A program made the translations under genes and the position numbers. The notes below the pieces were generated by a model. The model saw only the letters and a program-made list of their open reading frames with translations, had not been told where the DNA came from and made no database searches. Shown here piece by piece: positions 18,423 through 27,681 of a stretch of DNA of 64,000 bases. This DNA comes from Candidatus Nomurabacteria bacterium (lineage in GTDB: Bacteria; Patescibacteriota; Minisyncoccia; Phycocordibacterales; UBA9973). The stretch is taken from NCBI GenBank assembly GCA_026395955.1, contig JAPLXR010000006.1:87259-151258 (forward strand), given 5' to 3'. The stretch's first letter is position 1, and every line of letters starts with the position of its first letter.

Positions 18423-18562
18423 TTTTTCTTATTTTGTTTTAATTTACTTTTGTTTATTTATATTATTTATGGCTATAAATGTCAATAAAATAAGCTTGAC
18501 TTTTTAATATATAGGGTGTATAATAGTATCAAAGTAAATTTCAAATTTAATATATAAACAAA

Positions 18563-19363
18563 ATGAAAAAAATCGTTATTTTCTCAGCTATTTTGGCTGT
18601 AACAGCCTTATTTTCTTGTAAACCTACTCAGGAGCTTGCAAAAACTGAACCAGAGGTTAAAACTGCTCCACCGGCACGTAATGTTATGCCTGTAACGTAT
18701 AACATTTTAACGAGTAAAAAAGCTCCTTGGAGCGCTGAAGACATATTGGGTGCTCAATTCTTTACTTATGGTGGTTCAATTACCTTGACCCGTGTAAGTG
18801 AGGATAATTCAAAAACATTTGATGCTGATGGTAATGTTGTCATTAAACATGTTGTTCATACTAAAAGGTCAATTATAGACAATAATACGAAAGTAAAAAT
18901 TGTAGGACCTATTGATTTTAGTAGAAAGTCCTTCTCATGTCAGGTAGACATTAATGGTATGAATGCATACGTAACTTTTATGCTGAACAGTAAAAATGGA
19001 CAATACCATTTCAAAAGACCAGGAGGAAATGATATTGATGGTAGGAGGGTTGATTACAAAAATGAACAATATTCAGCAAATGCTGCTGATGAAGTTGTTT
19101 ATCTTGCTTTCTATCCTAAGATAGACGAATCCTCTGATATTCAGGAGGAGCATACTACAGGAGTATCGGCTACTTCTCCTGAAGGGTCTACAGAAAATGT
19201 TACCGCGCCTCAAAGTGATGACTTAAATCAGTTGTATAATCTTATGAAAAAAGATAATACTGATAAGCCAGCAGGAAACAAGGAACAGCCTAAAAAAGAA
19301 GATAAAAAGGCAGATAAGCCTGTAAAATCTTCAGGAAGCAGAAAACCAGTACCACCCCGATAG
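18563..19363 (+). CDS. secreted lipoprotein, hypothetical
   Basis: Signal peptide with lipobox-like ALFSC and a K/P-rich C-terminal tail. Confidence 0.5.
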   Translation: MKKIVIFSAILAVTALFSCKPTQELAKTEPEVKTAPPARNVMPVTYNILTSKKAPWSAEDILGAQFFTYGGSITLTRVSEDNSKTFDADGNVVIKHVVHTKRSIIDNNTKVKIVGPIDFSRKSFSCQVDINGMNAYVTFMLNSKNGQYHFKRPGGNDIDGRRVDYKNEQYSANAADEVVYLAFYPKIDESSDIQEEHTTGVSATSPEGSTENVTAPQSDDLNQLYNLMKKDNTDKPAGNKEQPKKEDKKADKPVKSSGSRKPVPPR

Positions 19364-19378
19364 GGTGGTATTTTTTTA
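19351..19378 (+). terminator. rho-independent terminator
   Basis: accaccc-cgata-gggtggt followed by T7. Confidence 0.7.
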
Positions 19379-19471
19379 TTTTGTTTTGTAAATTTGGTAA
19401 CTTTTCCACTAGATTTAAATAAATTTAAAAGTGCTATAATTAAAGTATTATAATTAATATCTTGTAACAAT

Positions 19472-19852
19472 ATGAATATAAACATAAAAACAAAAAATAT
19501 CGAATTAGTAGATTCTTTACAAGAATATGTAAACAAGAGACTTTTAAGTTTAGAAAAATTCATCAATACTGCAGATTCTGTAATTCATGTTGAAATTGGT
19601 AAAACTACAAATCATCATAAAAACGGAGATGTATATAAAGCAGAAATAGTTATAGGTAGAGATAAACAATTTTTTGCTAGTTGTGAGACTGATGATTTGT
19701 ATAAAGCTATCGATGAAGCAAAAGAAGAATTGAATAGAAAGTTTACATCACATAAAGACAAAAAACAAACACTCTTTAAAAGAGGAGCAAGTAGTGTGAA
19801 GAAAATGATGAAAGGTCTTTCAAAGAGAAATCCTTTTACTTCTAAATACTAA
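19472..19852 (+). CDS. hpf: ribosome hibernation promoting factor / RaiA (S30AE family)
   Basis: N-terminal region (NIELVDSLQEYVNKRL...VEIGK...YKAEIV) shows the S30AE fold pattern. Confidence 0.8.
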   Translation: MNINIKTKNIELVDSLQEYVNKRLLSLEKFINTADSVIHVEIGKTTNHHKNGDVYKAEIVIGRDKQFFASCETDDLYKAIDEAKEELNRKFTSHKDKKQTLFKRGASSVKKMMKGLSKRNPFTSKY

Positions 19853-20760
19853 TTATTTTTTATAAAATCTAGATAAGAAATTTCTTTTTTCCCTTCAGGT
19901 AAAACTTTTTTGATTACGAATTTACTATCTTCTATTTGGGCTTCTGTAACAATAATCCTTTTATCTTCCTTGAAGAAGAAAGTTCTAGGCCATAGGGAAT
20001 ATGCACGGAATTTGTTGTATTTTAATTCTTCAGAATCAGCTTCATTTAAAATACCATCTTCTTTTTTAATTTTCTTACAGTTTGTAGCTTTTGTTTCGTC
20101 TTGTTCTGTTAGATTTATTTTTCCATTTATAAAGTCTGGAAGTGTATTTACTAAAAGATCTCCACCGATTTTGATTAATTTTTTACGTAATTCTATTGCA
20201 TGTTCATCTGGATCTATTGCTACTTTTTCCATAGCAATTATTGGCCCTGCATCCATTTTGTAAACCATTTTTTGTATAGCTATACCTGTCTCGTTGTCAC
20301 CATTTAAAATAGCTGATTCGACAGGGGAAGCACCGCGATATTTTGGAAGGAGAGAATAGTGAATATTAATAGAGCCATACTTTGGCATATTTATAATTTC
20401 TTCAGATAAAATTTTTCCGTAAGCTACTACAATAAAGAAATCTATAATACTTTGTTCACCACGAGAATTTTCTGTTGAAAATTCTTTCTGTCCGTCGTCG
20501 TCGCTCCTACCAAGGATTGCCAAAGCATCATAGATTTCTTTATTTGTTAATTTATTTTCTGGCTGAATAAAGGGAATGTTGTTTTCTATAGCCCAAGTTT
20601 TCACCGGAGGGGGAGTTAAAATCATTTTTCTACCGGCTGGTCTGTCTGGAGCGGTGACTATCAAACAAGGTAAAAAACCACTTTGTTTTAATATTTCCAA
20701 AGTTTCACTAGCTACATCTGGTGTACCAAAAAATACAAAATTGATGTCTTTGTTATTCAT
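19849..20760 (-). CDS. fmt: methionyl-tRNA formyltransferase
   Basis: N-terminal formyl-transferase domain (FFGTPDVASETL..., HYSLLPKYRGASP with the SLLP motif). Directly downstream of def. Confidence 0.9.
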   Translation of the reverse strand: MNNKDINFVFFGTPDVASETLEILKQSGFLPCLIVTAPDRPAGRKMILTPPPVKTWAIENNIPFIQPENKLTNKEIYDALAILGRSDDDGQKEFSTENSRGEQSIIDFFIVVAYGKILSEEIINMPKYGSINIHYSLLPKYRGASPVESAILNGDNETGIAIQKMVYKMDAGPIIAMEKVAIDPDEHAIELRKKLIKIGGDLLVNTLPDFINGKINLTEQDETKATNCKKIKKEDGILNEADSEELKYNKFRAYSLWPRTFFFKEDKRIIVTEAQIEDSKFVIKKVLPEGKKEISYLDFIKNN

Positions 20761-20762
20761 TT

Positions 20763-21299
20763 CTATTCTGGGTGTTCTTCTTTTAAATCTTTAGCATGAT
20801 CATGAAAAAGTATACCGTTTAAATGGTCTGTTTCATGTTGAAATATCTGAGCGAGTAAACCACTAGCTCCACGTGTGAATTTGTTACCAAGCTCGTCGTA
20901 GGCTTCTACAGTAGCCTTGTCTGACCTATATGTCTTACCATAGAGCCATCTTACAGACAGGCATCCTTCTGGAATCCAATCTTTTTTACGGGAAAGTTTT
21001 GAAATTTTAGGATTAATGAAAACTAAATTTTTATATTTTATATTCTTGTCAGTAAGTTTTTTATCTTCTCTGTCTTTCATAAAATCTTCAGAGAATATTT
21101 TTCCAGCTACAGTAAAAATACGCAAGGAATATCCTATTTGAGGAGCTGCTATGGCTACACCATCGTCTTGCTGTGCAAGAGCTTGATCCATTTCTTTCAA
21201 AACCTTTTTTATCTTCAAAGAGCCGATGTCTTTTATCGGAATTTCTTTTGCAATTTCTCGCAAAACTTTTTCATCTCTTTGAAGAATCTCTTTACTCAT
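20763..21299 (-). CDS. def: peptide deformylase
   Basis: GIGLAAPQIG-like motif, EGCLS, and QHETDHLNG (HExxH). Confidence 0.9.
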   Translation of the reverse strand: MSKEILQRDEKVLREIAKEIPIKDIGSLKIKKVLKEMDQALAQQDDGVAIAAPQIGYSLRIFTVAGKIFSEDFMKDREDKKLTDKNIKYKNLVFINPKISKLSRKKDWIPEGCLSVRWLYGKTYRSDKATVEAYDELGNKFTRGASGLLAQIFQHETDHLNGILFHDHAKDLKEEHPE

Positions 21300-22608
21300 G
21301 TTTATTTAAATCTTTCAAATACTCTAAGAGTTTAGGTAACTTTACTGTTTCTTGAGAACGATTAGACATATCACGAACAATAACAGAATCTTCTAATGCT
21401 TCTTTTTGTCCAAAAATAAGAGCATAAGGAATTTGTAATTTTTCTGCAATTGCGAGCTGAGCACCTAATGTATCTTTTGATAGAGATTGAGCCATTGGAA
21501 CATGTGCTTTACGAAGTGTTTCTGTAACATTTAGACTTTTTAATTTTGCATCACTACCGAGTTGAATAAAGTAAACTTTTGGTTTCTTTAAAATACGTGG
21601 AGCAAGTTTTTTGTACCAAGGCATTAATAACACACGATCAGCAGAAATAGAAATTCCTACAGCGGGTACGTCTTTTTTACTACCGAGTTGTTTTCCGAGA
21701 TAATCATATCTACCACCACCAGCGATAGCCATACCTTTTGTTTCACTTTCTGATTCATCGATAATTTCAAAAACTGTACGAGTGTAGTATGAAAGTCCAC
21801 GTACTAGGCATTTGTTTAAATTATATTGAATACCCATTTCTTCTAAGTATTCTAGAACTTCTTTGAAGTGTTTTTTACAAGAAGGACAAAGGAATGAAAC
21901 TGCGTCTGGCGCATTTTCATTTATTTCTTTTGTTTTTGGATCTTTTGAATCTAGAATACGTAGGGGATTAGTCTTTAATCTTTCACGGTCAATTGCTGGT
22001 AAGTTACTTAAATTCTTTTTGTAATAATTTACTAATTCTTTGATATATCCACTACGACATTCTTTGTCTCCGATAGAGTTTATGTCAATTGAAAGATTTG
22101 TTGCACCTGCTTCTTCTAAAATACTCATTCCAGCTTTGATAACGAGTGCATCCATAATACTTTTTTCACTACCGAGAGAGTCTAGATCAAATTGGTTAAA
22201 TTGACGGTAGCGACCCTTTTGAGGATTGTCATGTCTAAACACTGGGCCATATTGATAGAACATTACAGGTTGAGGTACATTTTGCATCCCTTGTTCTATA
22301 TAAGCACGCATTAGAGATCCAGTGTGTTCTGGACGAAGAGCTAAATGATCACCACCTTTTGTTTTAAGGGTATACATTTCTTTGTCTACTATATCTGTAC
22401 CTTCACCGATACCTGAAGTGAAAGTTTCTTCGTGTTCCATCATTGGAGTTTCAATAGGTTTGAAACCATAATAAATAGCCACTTCTTGAGCCTTCTCGAA
22501 GAAACCTTGGAAACTATAATATTCTTCATTCATTATGTCTCTCATTCCTTTTGGAGAAGAAAGATTTTTTCCTGCTTTTTTTGTTGCCGCTGCTGTTGTT
22601 TTAGTCAT
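21292..22608 (-). CDS. hisS: histidyl-tRNA synthetase
   Basis: Class II aaRS motifs and the PKGMRD HisRS signature; 438 aa; overlaps def by 8 nt. Confidence 0.9.
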   Translation of the reverse strand: MTKTTAAATKKAGKNLSSPKGMRDIMNEEYYSFQGFFEKAQEVAIYYGFKPIETPMMEHEETFTSGIGEGTDIVDKEMYTLKTKGGDHLALRPEHTGSLMRAYIEQGMQNVPQPVMFYQYGPVFRHDNPQKGRYRQFNQFDLDSLGSEKSIMDALVIKAGMSILEEAGATNLSIDINSIGDKECRSGYIKELVNYYKKNLSNLPAIDRERLKTNPLRILDSKDPKTKEINENAPDAVSFLCPSCKKHFKEVLEYLEEMGIQYNLNKCLVRGLSYYTRTVFEIIDESESETKGMAIAGGGRYDYLGKQLGSKKDVPAVGISISADRVLLMPWYKKLAPRILKKPKVYFIQLGSDAKLKSLNVTETLRKAHVPMAQSLSKDTLGAQLAIAEKLQIPYALIFGQKEALEDSVIVRDMSNRSQETVKLPKLLEYLKDLNKHE

Positions 22609-22612
22609 AGTA

Positions 22613-23227
22613 TTAATTTAATTGCTTATAATAACCTGGTAAAAAAGATATTTTTGTAATTGGTAATAATCTTATTAAAGCTCTTCCGACTAGTAACTTT
22701 TTTGGAACTGGTCCCCAATATCTAGAATCTGAACTTCCTGATCTATTGTCTCCCATTACGAAATATTCGTCATTTGTTAAGACTCGATGGGCGCTATCTT
22801 CGGAATGATTTTTAACGTAAGACTGATCGAGTGCAAATCCTTCTGGATGTTCTTTGTTTGTGATTATTGTTTGTTCCGCTTTTACATCTACTGTTTCACC
22901 TGGAAGTCCGATAATTCTTTTTATAAAAAACTTTGATGTGTCTCCTGGATATCTAAAAACTACAACATCACCACGTTGTGGACTTTTAAAATTATATGTA
23001 AGTTCATCTACTATTAAATATTGTCCATTTTGAAATGTTGGAACCATCGATGTTCCAGACACTACGAATGGTTGAGCGACAAATATACGAATAGGAATAA
23101 CTATGACTATTGCTATAAAAGCAAAGCGTACTAATTCCCAAAAGTTTTCTTTGAAGGTTTGTTTTTTTTCTTGAGCTATGGTTTCTTGTGTTTTTTGACC
23201 CTTTAAATCTTCATTTTGTGTTTCCAT
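22613..23227 (-). CDS. lepB: signal peptidase I
   Basis: N-terminal TM helix, SGTSMVPTF (Ser box), GDNRSGSSDSRYWG (box E). Confidence 0.85.
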   Translation of the reverse strand: METQNEDLKGQKTQETIAQEKKQTFKENFWELVRFAFIAIVIVIPIRIFVAQPFVVSGTSMVPTFQNGQYLIVDELTYNFKSPQRGDVVVFRYPGDTSKFFIKRIIGLPGETVDVKAEQTIITNKEHPEGFALDQSYVKNHSEDSAHRVLTNDEYFVMGDNRSGSSDSRYWGPVPKKLLVGRALIRLLPITKISFLPGYYKQLN

Positions 23228-23327
23228 TTGTCTATTTTAGCATATAATGTCCTTGACACAATACCTATTTTTGTACTGTAGTTTTTTTAGAGAAAAAAAA
23301 TATTTTGTAAATGTTATTATATAAAAT

Positions 23328-23852
23328 ATGAAATTAATTGTAGGTTTAGGAAATCCAGGTGAACAATATGAAAATACTCGTCATAATACGGGTCGTATTA
23401 TCATTGGAATGATAGAAGATAAAATAAATACAAAAGTAAAATTTTTAATGCCAGATAGTTTTATGAATAATTCTGGAAAAGTTGTGGCACCACTTATTAA
23501 ATCAAAAAAAGATTTGAGTGACTTAGTTGTTATATATGATGATGTTGATTTACCTCTTGGAAAAATTAAGATTTCTTTTAATAGATCTTCTGGTGGTCAT
23601 AATGGTGTTGGATCAATAATAAAGCATTTAAAGACTGAAGAATTTTTACGTATTCGTGTGGGGATTTGTCCTACAACTCCAACAGGGAAATTAAAGAAAC
23701 CAAAAGGGGAAGAAGCAGTGTTGAAATTCTTGCTTGGTGATTTTAAAAAAGAAGAGATAGCTATACTTAAAAAAGAAAGTAAAAAAATAGCTGAAGCAGT
23801 GGATACTATATATGATGGAGGTAAAGACAAGGCTATGAGTTTGTTTAATTAA
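23328..23852 (+). CDS. pth: peptidyl-tRNA hydrolase
   Basis: LIVGLGNPG...Y..TRHNTG N-terminal signature. Confidence 0.9.
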   Translation: MKLIVGLGNPGEQYENTRHNTGRIIIGMIEDKINTKVKFLMPDSFMNNSGKVVAPLIKSKKDLSDLVVIYDDVDLPLGKIKISFNRSSGGHNGVGSIIKHLKTEEFLRIRVGICPTTPTGKLKKPKGEEAVLKFLLGDFKKEEIAILKKESKKIAEAVDTIYDGGKDKAMSLFN

Positions 23853-23884
23853 AAAACTTCTGTAATTACAGAAGTTTTTATATA
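23851..23884. terminator. bidirectional rho-independent terminator
   Basis: aacttctgtaa-ttacagaagtt with A and T runs on both sides. Confidence 0.7.
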
Positions 23885-24207
23885 TATTTAATTTTTAATA
23901 TTGCCCCACCTCTATTTTTAAGAAATGTATATGTTCCATATTTATCAGTCATAAAATATGGAATAAATACAATTTTTATTATTAATAACTTTTTTTCATA
24001 AATTAATCTGAATCCATCATTTCTCAAGCATTCAAATTTATTTTCTTTATAAAAATTAATAATTAAATTCAAAAATTCAGTATGGTTTATGTTTTCTTTA
24101 TAAAAATCGATAGACATGCTGTCTTTTTCTAAAGTTACTTTTTTCTCACTAAAACCATTTTCAGCAAGATTACCTCTAAAGGATTTTGTTAATTCTATTG
24201 AGTTCAT
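23878..24207 (-). CDS. hypothetical protein (109 aa)
   Basis: ORF only. Confidence 0.3.
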   Translation of the reverse strand: MNSIELTKSFRGNLAENGFSEKKVTLEKDSMSIDFYKENINHTEFLNLIINFYKENKFECLRNDGFRLIYEKKLLIIKIVFIPYFMTDKYGTYTFLKNRGGAILKIKYI

Positions 24208-24256
24208 TTTGCTTTAAAATTAAAAGTTCTACGTTTATTAAAATAATAGCATAAAT

Positions 24257-24284
24257 CAAAAAATCCCCGTAAGGGGATTTTTTG
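24257..24284 (-). terminator. rho-independent terminator downstream of rpsA (bidirectional)
   Basis: atcccc-gtaa-ggggat flanked by A6 and T6. Confidence 0.75.
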
Positions 24285-24290
24285 ATTAAA

Positions 24291-25394
24291 TTATTTCTTA
24301 TCTTCTAGATGAGTCAAAGTCATTTTGTGTTCCTTTGGTTCGAATAGAGTTATTTGGAAACTGTAAGTTTTACCAAGTTCCAATGATTCACGAAGTTTAG
24401 CTTCTGAACCAAATGTAGAATTGTGAACTAATCCAGCAACACCTTCTTTGATTGAAACTAATGCACCGTGTTTGTTGTATTTGATAACGACACCTTTGAT
24501 GATGTCACCCTTCTTTAGTTTACCTTCGTATTCTTTCCAAGGATTTTCCTTTAAAGCTTTTATTGAAAGAGAAATTTTACCTTCTTTTATTTCAATAATT
24601 TTAGCTTTGATCTTATCACCAACCTTAAACATTGTACGAGGATCTTCTACGAGGCCCCAGTCGAGTTCAGAGATGTGAACTAATCCTTCTAGACCTTCTT
24701 CTAGTTTGAGGAAAACTCCGAAATCTACAAGTCCTGCAATAGTACAAGATACTTCTTCTCCTAATGCATATTTACTAACGATTTCTTGTTTTTCTTCTGG
24801 ATTGTTATCTTTTTCAGAGAAGATAAGTTTACCTTCTTTTGGTAATGTTGAAATCATCATTACAGATAATTTTGTTCCAACTAATTTCTTTAATTCTTTT
24901 AAGATTTTATCTTTATCAGAATCTTCTACACGAGGATAGTGTTCAGCTTTTAATTGTGAAGCTGGTAAGAATCCTTGGATACCTTGCCATTCCAAAATAA
25001 GTCCTCCTTTGTTTGCATCTTTAACTTCGAGGTCCATGATGACTTTACTCTTGATAGCTTTTTCAGCATCACTCCAGATTAGAGCTTGCTTTGCTTCTTT
25101 GAGTGAAAGTTCTACATAGCCATCTTCGTTTTCTACTTCAACGATTTTTGCTTTGATGATATCACCGAGAGCAATTTTTTTGATTATGTCTTTTGCATTC
25201 ATGAACTCACGTCCGTAAATGATACCTGTACCGAAAGGCGCGAGGTCGACATAAACTGAAGATTTTTGAACCAAGATAACTGGTCCTTCTACTAATGAAT
25301 CAACTTCTGGATGATTTAGACTTTTGTCTAACATTATCTTTAAAGGTGAATCTACTTCGACTGTTACTTCTTCTTTTACTGCTGTTTTTTTCAT
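24291..25394 (-). CDS. rpsA: 30S ribosomal protein S1 (short, 4 S1 domains)
   Basis: Four repeated S1 RNA-binding domains (G-x-V-x-G-V/I-V...FGVFV pattern). 367 aa. Confidence 0.85.
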   Translation of the reverse strand: MKKTAVKEEVTVEVDSPLKIMLDKSLNHPEVDSLVEGPVILVQKSSVYVDLAPFGTGIIYGREFMNAKDIIKKIALGDIIKAKIVEVENEDGYVELSLKEAKQALIWSDAEKAIKSKVIMDLEVKDANKGGLILEWQGIQGFLPASQLKAEHYPRVEDSDKDKILKELKKLVGTKLSVMMISTLPKEGKLIFSEKDNNPEEKQEIVSKYALGEEVSCTIAGLVDFGVFLKLEEGLEGLVHISELDWGLVEDPRTMFKVGDKIKAKIIEIKEGKISLSIKALKENPWKEYEGKLKKGDIIKGVVIKYNKHGALVSIKEGVAGLVHNSTFGSEAKLRESLELGKTYSFQITLFEPKEHKMTLTHLEDKK

Positions 25395-25540
25395 ATATAT
25401 AATTAAAAAAGTCCGCTAAAAAGCGGATATTAAAATTTAGGCGTCCTTGGGTATTCCCTCGGGTGTTAACCTAAAAGTGCTTTTAATATCTAGATACTAC
25501 TATATAAGAGGAGAAAATGCAACCCATAAATTCAAACTCG

Positions 25541-25587
25541 CCCCACCCCTAACCCCTCCCCAAAATTTGAAGATTTTAGAGAGGGGG
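25541..25587. repeat. GC-rich hairpin repeat, copy A (CCCCACCCC-TAA-CCCCTCCCC-aaaatttgaagatttta-GAGAGGGGG)
   Basis: Related to copies at 26544-26721 and 37620-37659 (inverted orientation); GC-rich island in an AT-rich intergenic region. Confidence 0.7.
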
Positions 25588-25689
25588 AAATATTGATATT
25601 ATTAACTTAATGTGGTAGTTTTTAGTTAGAAAAACTATAGTTCGGTTGAATTCTAATAAGTATTAATTCACCTTTTAAATATTGAACAA

Positions 25690-26151
25690 ATGAGAAAAAA
25701 CTTGTCCTACAAAAAATTACCACAATGGATTGTGGATATTTTAGAAATTGTAAAAAAATTAGAAAAAATAAAAGCTGAAGAGCTTATGATTATGTATCAT
25801 GAAATGGATCCTGAAATTTATAAATTGATTAAAGATGAAATTTCAAAATTTTCAGAAGAAGAAATAAAATTTTATGTTAAAACAATTAAAGAATTCAATT
25901 TTCGTGATAAAAAGTATTACAAAGATGTAAAAATAGAAAGTAAAAGTGACTGGTATGATTACATGGATGAAAGATGCAGATTTGTTAATCGTTTGCTTAC
26001 TGTTATCAATGTTACTTTTAATTCAAACAGGAAATCAAGTGAGCTTGAACGACAAGTTAGTCCTCCTTCAGGAGTTTATGAAAAAAAAGATATTCACAAT
26101 AAAACAGATATCAAGCCTTCTGTTAAGGCATTTGGTACTCTTTTTGAGTAA
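25690..26151 (+). CDS. hypothetical protein (153 aa) in a repeat-flanked cassette
   Basis: ORF only; K/E-rich. Confidence 0.35.
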   Translation: MRKNLSYKKLPQWIVDILEIVKKLEKIKAEELMIMYHEMDPEIYKLIKDEISKFSEEEIKFYVKTIKEFNFRDKKYYKDVKIESKSDWYDYMDERCRFVNRLLTVINVTFNSNRKSSELERQVSPPSGVYEKKDIHNKTDIKPSVKAFGTLFE

Positions 26152-26155
26152 ATTC

Positions 26156-26521
26156 TTAATTATTGATCACCACAACAGATTGTATATTTGTTGTGGTGAT
26201 TTTTATTTTATCTAAAACTTTTTTTAAATCCGTCTCTATTTCAGAATTCCAAAATCTCAAGACTTTTATATTTTTAGAATTTAAATATTCTGTTCGCATT
26301 TTATCGTATTCTTTGTTTTCTTTATGAATTTCACCATCAAGCTCAATTGCGAGTTTTATTTTTGGTACATAAAAATCTATGATGAATCTATCTATTGGGT
26401 GCTGACGGCGGAACTTTATACCGAGTTTGTTATTTCTAATTTCCTCCCAAAGTATTTTCTCTGCTTTGGTTTCTTCTTTGCGCAAATAACGAGCTTTTGT
26501 CATTTCTTGTAGTTTTGACAT
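26156..26521 (-). CDS. DUF559 endonuclease-domain protein (Vsr/PD-(D/E)xK-like fold)
   Basis: ARxLRxxxTxAExxLWxxIR...GxKFRRQHPIxRFIxDFYxPxxKLAIELDGxxH...VLRFWNSE pattern typical of PF04480. Confidence 0.7.
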   Translation of the reverse strand: MSKLQEMTKARYLRKEETKAEKILWEEIRNNKLGIKFRRQHPIDRFIIDFYVPKIKLAIELDGEIHKENKEYDKMRTEYLNSKNIKVLRFWNSEIETDLKKVLDKIKITTTNIQSVVVINN

Positions 26522-26543
26522 ATTTTAATTTTAGCATTTTGTT

Positions 26544-26721
26544 CCCCCTCTCTAAAATCTTATTTTGGAGAGGGGGCTAGGGGGTGAGGGGAATTCCTAG
26601 AATTAATTCAACCCGCCTCATCCCGACCTAAAGGCTACCCTTCTCCAAAACTTGAAGGTTTTAGAGAAGGGAGAAATGCTTTTGAATTTTCCCCTCTCTA
26701 TTTTTCTAAAATGGGGAGGGG
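26544..26721. repeat. composite of three or more GC-rich hairpin repeat copies. B: CCCCCTCTC-taaaatcttatttt-GGAGAGGGGG-CTA-GGGGGTGAGGGG (26544-26591). C: CCCTTCTCCAAAAC-ttgaag-GTTTTAGAGAAGGGA (26638-26672). D: CCCCTCTCTA-tttttctaaaa-TGGGGAGGGG (26691-26721).
   Basis: Arms are reverse complements of copy A and near-identical to copy E; the ttgaag loop is shared between A and C. Confidence 0.7.
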
Positions 26722-27389
26722 CGGGTTTGGTATTGTTTATATATTTTGCTATAATTATACTTATGATAATCACATATTTCGGAAAACAATTTTTTAAGAT
26801 TCAGCAAGGGGAGATGACTGTCGCTTTTAACCCAATCAGTAAAGAATCAAAAGTATTCAATGGTGGAAAATTCGGCTCAGATATTGCACTCGTTACTACA
26901 AACCACAAAGACTATAACGGCCTCGGTCAGCTTTCTCATGGAGAGCGTGAACCTTTTGCTGTTACTGGTCCTGGAGACTATGAAGTTCGAGAAGTTTTTA
27001 TAAAAGGTCTGATGTCAGATGCGAATTTAGGTGATAAAAAATACATAAATACTATTTACTCTCTAGGTATTGATAATATAAATATTGCATTTCTCGGGGC
27101 ATTATCTGATGGAGATATTTCAAAAGAAGCTCGTGAAGCCATAAATGAACCAGATGTTCTTTTTATTCCCGTCGGAGGTAATGGTGTTATGGATGCTAAA
27201 ACTTCTGCGAAATTGGCTTCATCTCTCGAGCCGAAACTTATTATCCCTATGGATTATGATAAGGAAAGTTTAAAGCATTTTTTGAAAGAAATGGGTGCTG
27301 AAAATGCTGAAGTAGTAGACAAGCTTACTTTAAAGAGAAAAGATTTAGATGGAAAAGAGGGTGATGTAATAGTATTACAAACAATATAA
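26652..27389 (+). CDS. hypothetical protein, possibly a degenerate MBL-fold hydrolase; the 5' end overlaps the repeat cluster, so the true start is uncertain (in-frame Mets at 26652, 26676, 26763)
   Basis: ORF; the N-terminal 37 codons are translated from repeat DNA. Weak resemblance to beta-lactamase-fold hydrolases (LVTTNHKDYNG, FAVTGPGDYEV). Confidence 0.35.
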   Translation: MKVLEKGEMLLNFPLSIFLKWGGAGLVLFIYFAIIILMIITYFGKQFFKIQQGEMTVAFNPISKESKVFNGGKFGSDIALVTTNHKDYNGLGQLSHGEREPFAVTGPGDYEVREVFIKGLMSDANLGDKKYINTIYSLGIDNINIAFLGALSDGDISKEAREAINEPDVLFIPVGGNGVMDAKTSAKLASSLEPKLIIPMDYDKESLKHFLKEMGAENAEVVDKLTLKRKDLDGKEGDVIVLQTI

Positions 27390-27412
27390 ATAAATTTGCA
27401 GAATAAATAATT

Positions 27413-27661
27413 ATGATAAAACATATACACAAAACAGTTCATAGATTGAGACAAGAACCAATTCATGTTCGTGAGCAAATTGTTTACTGGGTTACGTTTA
27501 TGTGTGCAGTTATTTTATTTTTACTTTGGTCTGTTAGTTTAGGAAAAATGTTAACAAATAAAGATATTCAAACTTCTATCAAAAAAGATGTTCAACCATT
27601 TACAGTTTTGAAAGATAATTTGTCAGACGGATACAAGAGCATTAAAGCAAACAGTAATTAA
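27413..27661 (+). CDS. small single-TM protein
   Basis: ORF with one hydrophobic helix. Confidence 0.3.
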   Translation: MIKHIHKTVHRLRQEPIHVREQIVYWVTFMCAVILFLLWSVSLGKMLTNKDIQTSIKKDVQPFTVLKDNLSDGYKSIKANSN

Positions 27662-27681
27662 TATGATAAGATAAATAAATT

